This document shows positions 55,294 to 64,000 of a stretch of DNA of 64,000 nt, one piece after another. The stretch is from an uncultured Actinomycetota bacterium (GTDB lineage: Bacteria > Actinomycetota > Actinomycetes > JAHEKZ01). Where the stretch lies: contig CAVURN010000002.1 in NCBI GenBank assembly GCA_963743915.1, forward strand, positions 384,001-448,000. The letters are read 5' to 3'. The position numbers were made by a program, and so were the translations under genes. The notes beneath the pieces are model-generated. The model was not told the DNA's origin. It saw only the letters and a program-made list of their open reading frames with translations, and did not search any database. The stretch's first letter is position 1. The number at the start of each line of letters is the position of its first letter.

Positions 55294-57048
55294 TCAGGGG
55301 CGGTACGTGAGGCGCATGGACGGAGCCTTGGACGGGGTGGGCGGCACCTGTCGCGTCTGCAGGGCGAACGACGTCACCCGCTTGAACACCGGGCCGCCGA
55401 GCTCGCCTCCGTAGTGCCCGTACTTCGGATCCTGCAGCGTCACGGAGACCACGACCGCCGGCCGGTCAGCCGGGGCGAAGCCGATGAAGGAGGCGGTGTA
55501 GCCGCGGTAGCAGCCGCACGCCTCGTCGACGCGCTCGGCCGTCCCGGTCTTGCCGGCCACGCGGTATCCCGGGATCTGCGCCATCGGGGCGGTCCCCTCG
55601 TCGGAGACGACACTCTCCATCATCTGCCGGAGCGTACGCGCAGTCTCCGGCGTCACGACCCGGTGGCGCTTCGGCGGCGGTGCCGGCTCGAACGTCCCGT
55701 CCGGTGCCGTGGTGCCGGCCACGACGGTCGGCTCGACCCGGACGCCGTTGTTGGCGATCGTGGCGAAGACCGATGTGGCCTGCACCGCGTTCAGCGACAG
55801 CCCCTGACCGAACGCGATCGTGGCGAAGTTGGTCGGCCCCCAGTCGGCGACGTCCGGCAGGATCCCTGCACTCTCGCCGGGCAGGTCGATCCCGCTGGTC
55901 TGGCCCATGCCGAACTTGCGCAGGTAGTCGTAGAGCGGTCGCTCGCCCAGCTTCTCGGCGATGAGCATGGTGCCGAGGTTGCTCGACTGGGCGAGCACGC
56001 CGGTCGCGGTGAGGTGCAGCGTCCCGTGCGGCGAGTGGTCGTGGAAGTCGTCACCGCCTCGGTACAGGATCGGCGGGACCTCCACCGGGGTCGTCGGCTT
56101 CACTGCTCCCGCGTCCAGCGCGGCGGCCATCGTCATGACCTTGCTGGTGCTGCCCGGTTCGTAGATCTCACTGATCGCCCGGTTCCCCCGGTCCGCATCC
56201 GGCGCCGAGGTGACGTCGCGGGGGTCGAACGACGGGTACGTCGCCAGGGCGATGACCTCGCCGGTGCGGGGGTCCATCACCACCACCGTGCCGCTGTCGG
56301 CAGCCGATTCGTTGACCTTGGCACGGATCGCCCGCTCGGCGATGAACTGCACGTCGCGGTCGATGGTCAGCTGGACGTCCAGTCCCGGCACCGACTCCTC
56401 GGTCTCGGTGTCCCCGGTCGGGATCTGCCGCCCACCGGCCCCGGCCTCGTAGGTGATGGTCCCGTCGCGTCCGGCGAGCTTGTCGTCCCAGCTGCTCTCC
56501 AGGCCGCCGAGCCCGTGCCCGTCGCTGCCGACGAACCCGAGCACCGCGGCGGCCAGCGACCCCTGCGGGTACACCCGCTTGGCGGTCGGTTCGCTGTAGA
56601 TGCCAGGCAGTCGCAGTGCGGCCACCTTGTCCCAGGTCCGTGGCGTCACCTCCCGGGCGACGTAGGCGAAGCGCAGGTCGCCGTCGAGCCGCTTCCTGAG
56701 TGTCTCCAACGGCTCGTCGAGCACCGGACCGAGCGCCGCTGCGACCGCGACCGGGTCGGAGATCTGGGTCTGGTCAGCGGTCACGTTGACCGCGTCGACG
56801 GTCGTGGCCAGCGCGATGCCGTGGGTGTCGGTGATCGTGCCCCGCGTCGCCGGGATGGTCGCGGTGCGGAGACGTTCGGCCTCTGCGGTCGCGGCATAGG
56901 CCGCCGCCTCGACGCCTTGCAGCTGCAGCAGACGGCCCGCGAACAGCGAGAGCACCATGGCCACGCCCAGGCCGACCGCCACCAGTCGGCGGCGCGGGTC
57001 GACGGGCGTACGGACGGACGGAGGCGGAGAGCGGCGCGCCTGGCTCAC
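55294..57048 (-). CDS. ftsI: Class B PBP FtsI
   Basis: YEPGSTSK (SxxK), SSN, KTGTA. Confidence 0.95.
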   Translation of the reverse strand: MSQARRSPPPSVRTPVDPRRRLVAVGLGVAMVLSLFAGRLLQLQGVEAAAYAATAEAERLRTATIPATRGTITDTHGIALATTVDAVNVTADQTQISDPVAVAAALGPVLDEPLETLRKRLDGDLRFAYVAREVTPRTWDKVAALRLPGIYSEPTAKRVYPQGSLAAAVLGFVGSDGHGLGGLESSWDDKLAGRDGTITYEAGAGGRQIPTGDTETEESVPGLDVQLTIDRDVQFIAERAIRAKVNESAADSGTVVVMDPRTGEVIALATYPSFDPRDVTSAPDADRGNRAISEIYEPGSTSKVMTMAAALDAGAVKPTTPVEVPPILYRGGDDFHDHSPHGTLHLTATGVLAQSSNLGTMLIAEKLGERPLYDYLRKFGMGQTSGIDLPGESAGILPDVADWGPTNFATIAFGQGLSLNAVQATSVFATIANNGVRVEPTVVAGTTAPDGTFEPAPPPKRHRVVTPETARTLRQMMESVVSDEGTAPMAQIPGYRVAGKTGTAERVDEACGCYRGYTASFIGFAPADRPAVVVSVTLQDPKYGHYGGELGGPVFKRVTSFALQTRQVPPTPSKAPSMRLTYRP

Positions 57049-57670
57049 TGCTCCGCTCCTCCCGCACCCTGCGTGTCGTCCGGCTGCTTCTGCTGGTTCT
57101 TCTCGCCCTGCTGGTCCTGCTGCTTCGTCTCGTCCGCTGGTTCTTCTGGTCCTGCTGGTTCTTCTGGTCCTGCTGCTTCGTCTCGTCCGCTGCTTCGTCG
57201 TCCTGCTGCTTCTTCTGGTCCTGCTGCTTCGCCTCGTCCTGCTCGGCGGGCGCCGGTTCCGATACAACCACGGGAGCCGGGGCGGAGGCCGGTACCGGCA
57301 CGCCGAGGACCTTGCCGTCGGAGGCGCGCAGGAAGGCAGGGTTCACCGACGGCACCATGCCGATGGCCGACGCGCGACGAGCCAGCCGCTGCGGAGCGGC
57401 GAGCTCGGCCACCTTCTGCTGCAGGGCCTGCTCACGGTCGGCGAGCTCGGCCACGCGCGCGTCGAGCGTGTGCAGCGTGAAGGACCCCTGGGCGAGCAGG
57501 GTGTTCAGCAGCAGGAGCGCCCCGAGGCCGAGGACGAGCAGCACGAGCACAGCACCCACGAAGGGAGCGCGCGCAGGCGGGGAAGTCTGCGAGGGGACCG
57601 CGCGTACGGGAGGCCGCGACGCCGGACGACGCCGGGGCGCGGGCGCCTGAGGCAGGGTCGCCGTGCTCAT
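57045..57670 (-). CDS. FtsL-like protein with Q/D/K/E repeat tail (frameshift near 57140)
   Basis: TM then coiled coil ([16 protein letters not shown]); position between rsmH and ftsI. Confidence 0.8.
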
Positions 57671-58609
57671 GCCGCCACCCGGAGCCGCTCAGCGGCCCGC
57701 ACCCGCACCGAGGCAGCCCGGGGATTCTCGGCCACCTCCTGCTCGGTCGGTCGTTCCGCGCCTCGGGTGAGGAGCCGCAGCTCCGGTCCGCGGCCGGCGA
57801 CCGGGAAGTCCACCGGGACGTCGTCGGCGAGGTGCTCGGACAGGGCGCGCTTGACGATGCGGTCCTCCAACGACTGGTAGGACATCACCACGATCCGGCC
57901 GTGGACGCGCGAGAGCGTCGATCGCCGCCGGCAGGGCCCGCCGCACGGCCCCGAGCTCGTCGTTGACCTCGATGCGAAGGGCCTGGAAGGTGCGCTTGGC
58001 CGGGTGCCCGCCGGTGCGCTGGGCGGGTGCCGGGATGGCTGCTCGCACCGCGTCCACCAGCTCCGCGCTGGAACGGAACGGTCGGCGCGCCTCGATCGCT
58101 CGGGCGATGCGCTTCGCGAACCGCTCCTCGCCGTAGTCGCGGAGCACCCGGGTCAGCTCGGCCACCGAGTAGGTGTTCACGACCTCCGCGGCCGTGAGCG
58201 GGGACGAGGGGTCCATCCGCATGTCGAGCGGCGCGTCGTACGAGTACGCGAAGCCGCGCTGCGCGTCGTCGAGCTGCAGCGAGGAGACGCCGAGGTCGAA
58301 GAGCACGCCGTGGACGTGCGGCAGACCCAGCTGCGCGAGAAGCTGCGGCAGCTCGTCGTAGACCGCGTGCAGGAACGTGGTGCGACCGGCGAACTCCGCC
58401 AGGCGCCCCGCAGCGATCTCGAGGGCGCGGGCGTCGCGGTCGATGCCGACGAGCTGAGCCTGCGGGCAGGCGTTCAGCAGCGCGCGGCTGTGGCCCCCCA
58501 GCCCGAGCGTGGCGTCGACCAGGATGGCACCCGGCAGGTCCAGTGCCGGGGCGAGCAGGGCGACCACCCGCTCGCTCATCACCGGCGTGTGCGTGGGTTC
58601 CTCGTTCAC
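57667..58609 (-). CDS. rsmH: 16S rRNA m4C1402 methyltransferase (frameshift near 57900)
   Basis: [53 protein letters not shown]. Confidence 0.95.
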
Positions 58610-58815
58610 GACATCCACGACCCCGCCACGGTGATCGTGACCGCCATCACCGATGCCGTGAGCGTCAGAGCCAGGGGGACCGCGAGGGGCAGCGGGAGGC
58701 CGCCGGCGACGCGTACGGCCGCCACGGACCTCCGGAGCCGCAGCCGCAGCTGCGCAGCCGCGACCGCTGGTCGCGTGGACCAGCGGTGCGGGGCGGTGCC
58801 GATCGTGCCGCTCAT
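58606..58815 (-). CDS. Possible 69-aa upstream ORF coupled to rsmH
   Basis: GAAGGG before ATG; hydrophobic C-terminus; TGA overlaps the rsmH GTG (GTGA). Confidence 0.4.
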   Translation of the reverse strand: MSGTIGTAPHRWSTRPAVAAAQLRLRLRRSVAAVRVAGGLPLPLAVPLALTLTASVMAVTITVAGSWMS

Positions 58816-58890
58816 GCTCGACCCTTCACGTGCGGCGGACAGGGGACAGACCTGGGAGCCAGGTGGGGAAAGGTGGGGTGGACGGTGGGG

Positions 58891-58981
58891 GTGCGGTCTG
58901 GTCTTCCTCCGCTCCTCTCCTCCCCTGGCGCCGGGGAAGGTGCGTCAGGAGGGGACGGAGCGGCGGAAGACCACACCGCAC
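58891..58981 (-). ncRNA. mraW RNA motif (actinobacterial)
   Basis: Long hairpin GUGCGG..UGGUCUUCC/GGAAGACCA..CCGCAC capped by CCUGACGCAC-CUUCCCC-GGCGCCAGG, upstream of rsmH. Confidence 0.85.
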
Positions 58982-58982
58982 G

Positions 58983-59414
58983 TCACATCAGTCCGGGCAG
59001 CACCTCCTCGCTCAGCTCGGCGAACGCGCCCTCACTGGGTCCGAGGTACTCCGACCAGCGCTCGGCGTCCCAGATCTCGACCCGGGCGCCCGCGCCGATC
59101 ACGACGCACTCCTTGTGCAGCCCGGCGTACTCACGCAGCGGAGGGGGAACGGTGACCCGCCCCTGCCGGTCCGGCAGCTCGTCGGACGCGCCGGACAGGA
59201 GCACGCGGACGTAGTCGCGGGCCTTCTTGCTGGACAGGGGCGCGGCCTGCATCTGCCGCGCGTAGACGAAGAAGTCCTCGCGGGGGAACACGTAGAGGCA
59301 GCGCTCCTGGCCCTTGGTGATGACCAGGCCGCCTTGCAGGGGTTCGCGGTAACGAGCGGGCAGGAAGAGGCGTCCCTTGTCGTCGAGCTTGGGGTAGTGC
59401 GTGCCCAGGAACAC
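58983..59414 (-). CDS. mraZ: Division/cell-wall cluster regulator MraZ
   Basis: MFLGTH..LDDKGRL, DRQGR, RVEIWD. Confidence 0.97.
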   Translation of the reverse strand: MFLGTHYPKLDDKGRLFLPARYREPLQGGLVITKGQERCLYVFPREDFFVYARQMQAAPLSSKKARDYVRVLLSGASDELPDRQGRVTVPPPLREYAGLHKECVVIGAGARVEIWDAERWSEYLGPSEGAFAELSEEVLPGLM

Positions 59415-59463
59415 CGCACCGACCTCCCTCGCTCCGCCACGGGCCCGCGCGCCCCTCGTTCAT

Positions 59464-59507
59464 CCACGGATCGCCACCATACTCCACTTTGCACCACCGT
59501 CAACCAC
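59464..59507 (-). promoter_or_regulatory. mraZ promoter with five GTGG MraZ boxes at 10-bp period
   Basis: CCAC at 59464, 59474, 59484, 59494, 59504; overlaps TTGACG-16-TATGGT. Confidence 0.85.
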
Positions 59508-59670
59508 ATCGACCGGGCGCTGACGAAACTTGAGAGGTATTTCTGCAGGTCACCTCTGTGGAGCGAAGTGGAGGGGTTCCTCAGGACGACGCACTGTCGC
59601 CTCGGCTTTACGCTTGTCTCTCCGGGTGGAGGGCCAGGCAGGCCCAGAAGGAGGCCCAGAAGGAGGCAGC

Positions 59671-60672
<1,002 letters not shown>

Positions 60673-60673
60673 C

Positions 60674-61954
60674 GTGCGGGCGGCGCTGTCCGGACTGACA
60701 CCGCGCGGGCGTGCACTGCTCGCAGCGGGGGTGACGGCGTTCGTGCTCGCGGCCATGCTCGACCAGCAGGACATCATGCGCGTCGGCCTGCTCGCCGCGT
60801 CGCTGCCGCTCCTGTCGGCGGCCAGCGTGGCGCGCACCCGGTTCCGACTCGCGTCGACCCGTGAGCTGGAGCCGGGACGCACACCCGCGGGCGACTCGGC
60901 CACGGTGACGGTGACCCTCGAGAACGTCGCGCATCTGCCCACCGGTCTGCTGCTGGTCGAGGACAGCGTTCCCGCCGTGCTCGGGCCACGTCCTCGATTC
61001 GTGGTGGACCGGCTGGCCCCGCTCAGCTCGCGCTCGGTCTCGTACACCGTGCACGCGGACCGGCGCGGCCGCTACGCGATCGGGCCGCTGTCGGTGCGGC
61101 TGGCCGACCCCTTCGGCTTCTGTCGGCTCGACCGTGCGTTCAGCGGCCAGCGCCACCTGCTGGTCACACCCCGCGTCGAGCCGCTGCCGGGCGTCCCTCT
61201 CACCGGCGACTGGTCAGGAACCGGTGAGAGCCGCTCACGATCGATCGCCGCTGCCGGGGAAGACGACGTCGCCGTGCGCGACTACCGGCACGGTGACGAG
61301 CTGCGTCGCGTCCACTGGCGCGCGACCGCCAAGTCCGGGGTCTTGATGGTCCGCCGCGAGGAGCAGCCCTGGGAGAGCCGCGCGACCGTGCTGCTCGACG
61401 ACCGGGGGCCAGCTCACAGCCGAGAGGCCAATCCTTCGGGCAGCTTCGAGAGGGCCGTCAGCGCGACCGCCTCGGTGTCCCTGCACCTCTCCCACCGCGG
61501 CTACGCGGTCAGGCTCGTCGCCGAGGGGCGCGAGGTGTCCACGAGCAGTGCGGTCGACGGCGGCCTGAGCGGCGACCCTTCCGGTCTGCTGCTCGATGCG
61601 CTCGCCGTGGCCGAGCCGACCAGGTCCGGCGGCATCCACACCCTCACCGCTGCGGTGCGCCACGCGAGTGACGGACTTCTCGTGGTCGTCCTCGGCGCCC
61701 TCTCCGTCGACGAGGCCGACCAGCTGGCACGGGCCCGCCATGGCATGGGGACGACGGTTGCCGTCGCTCTCGACGTCGCCACCTGGGACGCCGACCCGTC
61801 ACGCCGGGTGGGAGCCGAGTCCGCGGCTGCCTGGAGCCTGCTGCGCGCTGCCGGCTGGGCGGTCGTGCCGCTGGCTCGCGACGACTCACTGGCCGACGTC
61901 TGGTCCCACGTCGCCTTCGGCGGTGCACTGCCCGTCACCGAGGTCCCCGCATGA
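60674..61954 (+). CDS. DUF58 protein
   Basis: RRG.Y..GP..DPFG, VRDYRHGDELRRVHWRATAK. Confidence 0.93.
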   Translation: MRAALSGLTPRGRALLAAGVTAFVLAAMLDQQDIMRVGLLAASLPLLSAASVARTRFRLASTRELEPGRTPAGDSATVTVTLENVAHLPTGLLLVEDSVPAVLGPRPRFVVDRLAPLSSRSVSYTVHADRRGRYAIGPLSVRLADPFGFCRLDRAFSGQRHLLVTPRVEPLPGVPLTGDWSGTGESRSRSIAAAGEDDVAVRDYRHGDELRRVHWRATAKSGVLMVRREEQPWESRATVLLDDRGPAHSREANPSGSFERAVSATASVSLHLSHRGYAVRLVAEGREVSTSSAVDGGLSGDPSGLLLDALAVAEPTRSGGIHTLTAAVRHASDGLLVVVLGALSVDEADQLARARHGMGTTVAVALDVATWDADPSRRVGAESAAAWSLLRAAGWAVVPLARDDSLADVWSHVAFGGALPVTEVPA

Positions 61955-64000
61955 ACCGGCCGACCGCGCTGATCGGTGCGCCAGGACCCACGCTCGCGTC
62001 GGTCGCGGCGGTGGCGCTGACCTCCTTGGCGCTCTCCCCCACCGTGGAGGGTGGCCCCTGGTACGGCGTCACGCTCGGTCTGATCCTGGTCATCGCCGGA
62101 ACCGGCAGCGCGCTGCGCGCGACGTCCTGGCCGGCGTGGTTGGTGGTCACCCTGCAGGCCCTCGTGGCGGTCGTCGCCCTGACCGTGGTGTTCGCCGGTG
62201 ACGTGGCGGGATGGGGTTTCGTGCCGGTTGCCGACGTCTGGCACACCTTTGCCGACCTCGCCGAGCAGGGGTTCGCGGTGATCGGGAAGGAGGCCGCGCC
62301 CGTCACGCTCACCGAGGGCGTCCGCTTCCTGCTGGTGAGCGGGGTGGTGCTCGTCGCGTGGGGCGTCGACTCGCTCGCCGTGACGCTGCGCCGGGCGACC
62401 TTGGCCGGCATCCCCCTGCTCGTCCTCTACCTCGTACCGGCCACCGTCCTGCCCGACGGTGTTCCCTGGCCGCTCTTCCTGGCTGCCGGGGTCGGCTGGC
62501 TGCTGCTGCTTCTCGCCGACGGCCGGCAGCAGCTGACCCGCTGGGGGCGGCCGGTGCGTGGCAGCGCCAGCCGCCTGCAGTCCGTCGGTGGCACCGGGCG
62601 CCGACTCGGCGCGGCCGCGCTCGCCATCGCGGTCGTCGTCCCCGTGGTGCTGCCCAGCCTCGACGAGGGGCGGTTCGGCGGCAACCCCACCGGCGAGGGA
62701 GGCGGAGCGGGCAGCGGCGAGGTCGCGGCGGGAACCCAACGGGTGATCACCGTCAACCCGATCGTCGACCTGAAGCGCAACCTCACCCGGGGTCGAGACG
62801 TGGAGGTGCTGCGGTACACCACCGACACCACCGCCCCCACCTACCTGCGCATCGCCACCCTCGACCAGTTCGACGGGACGTCGTGGACGCTGGAGGAGAT
62901 GCAGGCACCCCCCGAGCAGCAGGCCTCTCGGGGGCTCCCTTCGCCGCCTGGACTGGACACCGACACGGTCGCGAGCACTCCCGCGGAGTACACCATCGAG
63001 GTCGGCGACCTGGACACCCCGCGACTACCACTCCCCTACCCGGCGTCGTCGGTCGCGATCGACGGCGACTGGCGCTGGGACGCGGACACCTTCGACGTCT
63101 TCTCCGCCACCGAGGACTCCGCCCTCGGTCGCAGCTACACGGCGACCGCGCTGATCGTGACGCCGTCGGCCGACCAGCTGCGCGCGGCGGGGCCACCGGA
63201 CTCCTCGATGGAGGCCTGGACCCGGCTGCCGGGTCCGGTGAGCGAGCAGCTGAGCCCTCTGGCGCTGGAGGTCACCGCGGACGCGGTGTCGGACTACGAC
63301 CGCGCGCTCGAGCTGCAGAACTGGTTCCGGTCGGAGTTCGAGTACAGCCTCGACACTGCCGCCGGCAACGACACCGAGGCTCTCGCGCAGTTCCTGCAGG
63401 ACAAGAGCGGCTACTGCGAGCAGTTCGCCGCCAGCATGGCGCTGATGGCGCGCACGCTCGGGATCCCGGCACGCGTGCAGGTCGGCTTCACACCCGGGAC
63501 GGCGACCGAGGACGGCACCCGGGTCGTGACGTTGCACGACGCGCACGCGTGGCCCGAGCTCTGGTTCGAGGGGGTCGGGTGGGTCCGCTTCGAGCCGACC
63601 CCTGGCGGCGGCGACGGTGGCGGCGCACCGGCCTACGCGCCGCCGCCGGCCACCAACACGGGCACGAGTGGGGGACGTCCCGACAACGACGGCCAGGGCG
63701 TGGTCTGTCGTCGCGGTGGCTGCCAGGACCCCGGTCGCCCGGACGACCGGCGGGTGCCCGGTGCGGCCGAGCCGGACCGCTCGGTCGGACGCACCGGCGT
63801 GACGGACACCACCGCACCCGCCGAGGGTTCCTCGGGCGGCTGGTGGATCCTCGCGGTCGTGCTGCTGGCGGCCGTGGCGCTCTGCGCCCCCTACGCGGCG
63901 CGGCGCGTCGTGCGGGCCCGCCGTCGCCGCAGTGTCGTCGACGCACCGTCTGCCGTGGCGGCAGCGTGGGCCGATGTGCTCGACACCGCCACCGATGTCG
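61951..64000 (+). CDS. DUF3488/transglutaminase-like membrane protein (runs off window)
   Basis: Multi-TM N-terminus; GYCEQFAASMALMARTLGIPARVQVGFTPG, HDAHAWPELWFEGVGWVRFEPTP. Confidence 0.92.
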   Translation, partial: MNRPTALIGAPGPTLASVAAVALTSLALSPTVEGGPWYGVTLGLILVIAGTGSALRATSWPAWLVVTLQALVAVVALTVVFAGDVAGWGFVPVADVWHTFADLAEQGFAVIGKEAAPVTLTEGVRFLLVSGVVLVAWGVDSLAVTLRRATLAGIPLLVLYLVPATVLPDGVPWPLFLAAGVGWLLLLLADGRQQLTRWGRPVRGSASRLQSVGGTGRRLGAAALAIAVVVPVVLPSLDEGRFGGNPTGEGGGAGSGEVAAGTQRVITVNPIVDLKRNLTRGRDVEVLRYTTDTTAPTYLRIATLDQFDGTSWTLEEMQAPPEQQASRGLPSPPGLDTDTVASTPAEYTIEVGDLDTPRLPLPYPASSVAIDGDWRWDADTFDVFSATEDSALGRSYTATALIVTPSADQLRAAGPPDSSMEAWTRLPGPVSEQLSPLALEVTADAVSDYDRALELQNWFRSEFEYSLDTAAGNDTEALAQFLQDKSGYCEQFAASMALMARTLGIPARVQVGFTPGTATEDGTRVVTLHDAHAWPELWFEGVGWVRFEPTPGGGDGGGAPAYAPPPATNTGTSGGRPDNDGQGVVCRRGGCQDPGRPDDRRVPGAAEPDRSVGRTGVTDTTAPAEGSSGGWWILAVVLLAAVALCAPYAARRVVRARRRRSVVDAPSAVAAAWADVLDTATDV

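Noticed and set aside
9081-57480. Long antisense or alternate-frame ORFs (e.g. 9081-10865, 19996-21756, 28581-30614, 52558-55191, 55258-57480)
   Set aside because: Shadow ORFs of high-GC genes: stop-poor frames with no recognisable motifs.
2291-58609. Frameshifts in pyrB, trpA/B/C/E, hisH, ileS, murE, murF, rsmH as pseudogenes, Trp auxotrophy or programmed recoding
   Set aside because: They hit essential genes, are isolated indels often in G/C runs, and leave motifs intact with no nonsense decay or slippery-site pattern. Sequencing or assembly error is the simplest explanation; read polishing would settle it.
59641-59667. 12-bp tandem duplication GGCCCAGAAGGA containing the moxR SD
   Set aside because: A short local duplication or assembly stutter with no evident consequence.

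Overview
High-GC actinobacterial chromosomal segment with a Streptomyces/Kineosporia-like gene order; the taxon cannot be fixed from this window. It is mostly core genome. In order: carA-PH-pyrC-pyrB-pyrR (with a PyrR-binding RNA), divergent bldD, pyk, VIT1-lgt-dsbA-mauE, trpABC/trpE with inserted membrane genes, the his operon, dnaE1, rluA-lspA-dksA, T-box-controlled ileS (type 2), the divIVA-to-mraZ dcw cluster, and a MoxR/DUF58/transglutaminase operon. Many single-base frameshifts, including in essential genes (ileS, murE, murF), indicate an indel-prone assembly. Three accessory nuclease-like genes stand out. (1) An AbiEi-wHTH + DUF559/Vsr-like gene is bracketed by two homologous 67-bp palindromic elements that nearly fill the bldD-pyk gap, a REP/RAYT-like arrangement and the best candidate for an undescribed system. 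(2) A DUF222-HNH gene sits behind a perfect LexA box and a structured ~100-nt leader. (3) A second DUF222-HNH gene has a PafBC/RecA-NDp-like promoter. No rRNA, tRNA or CRISPR array was seen. All calls are by eye; no searches were run.
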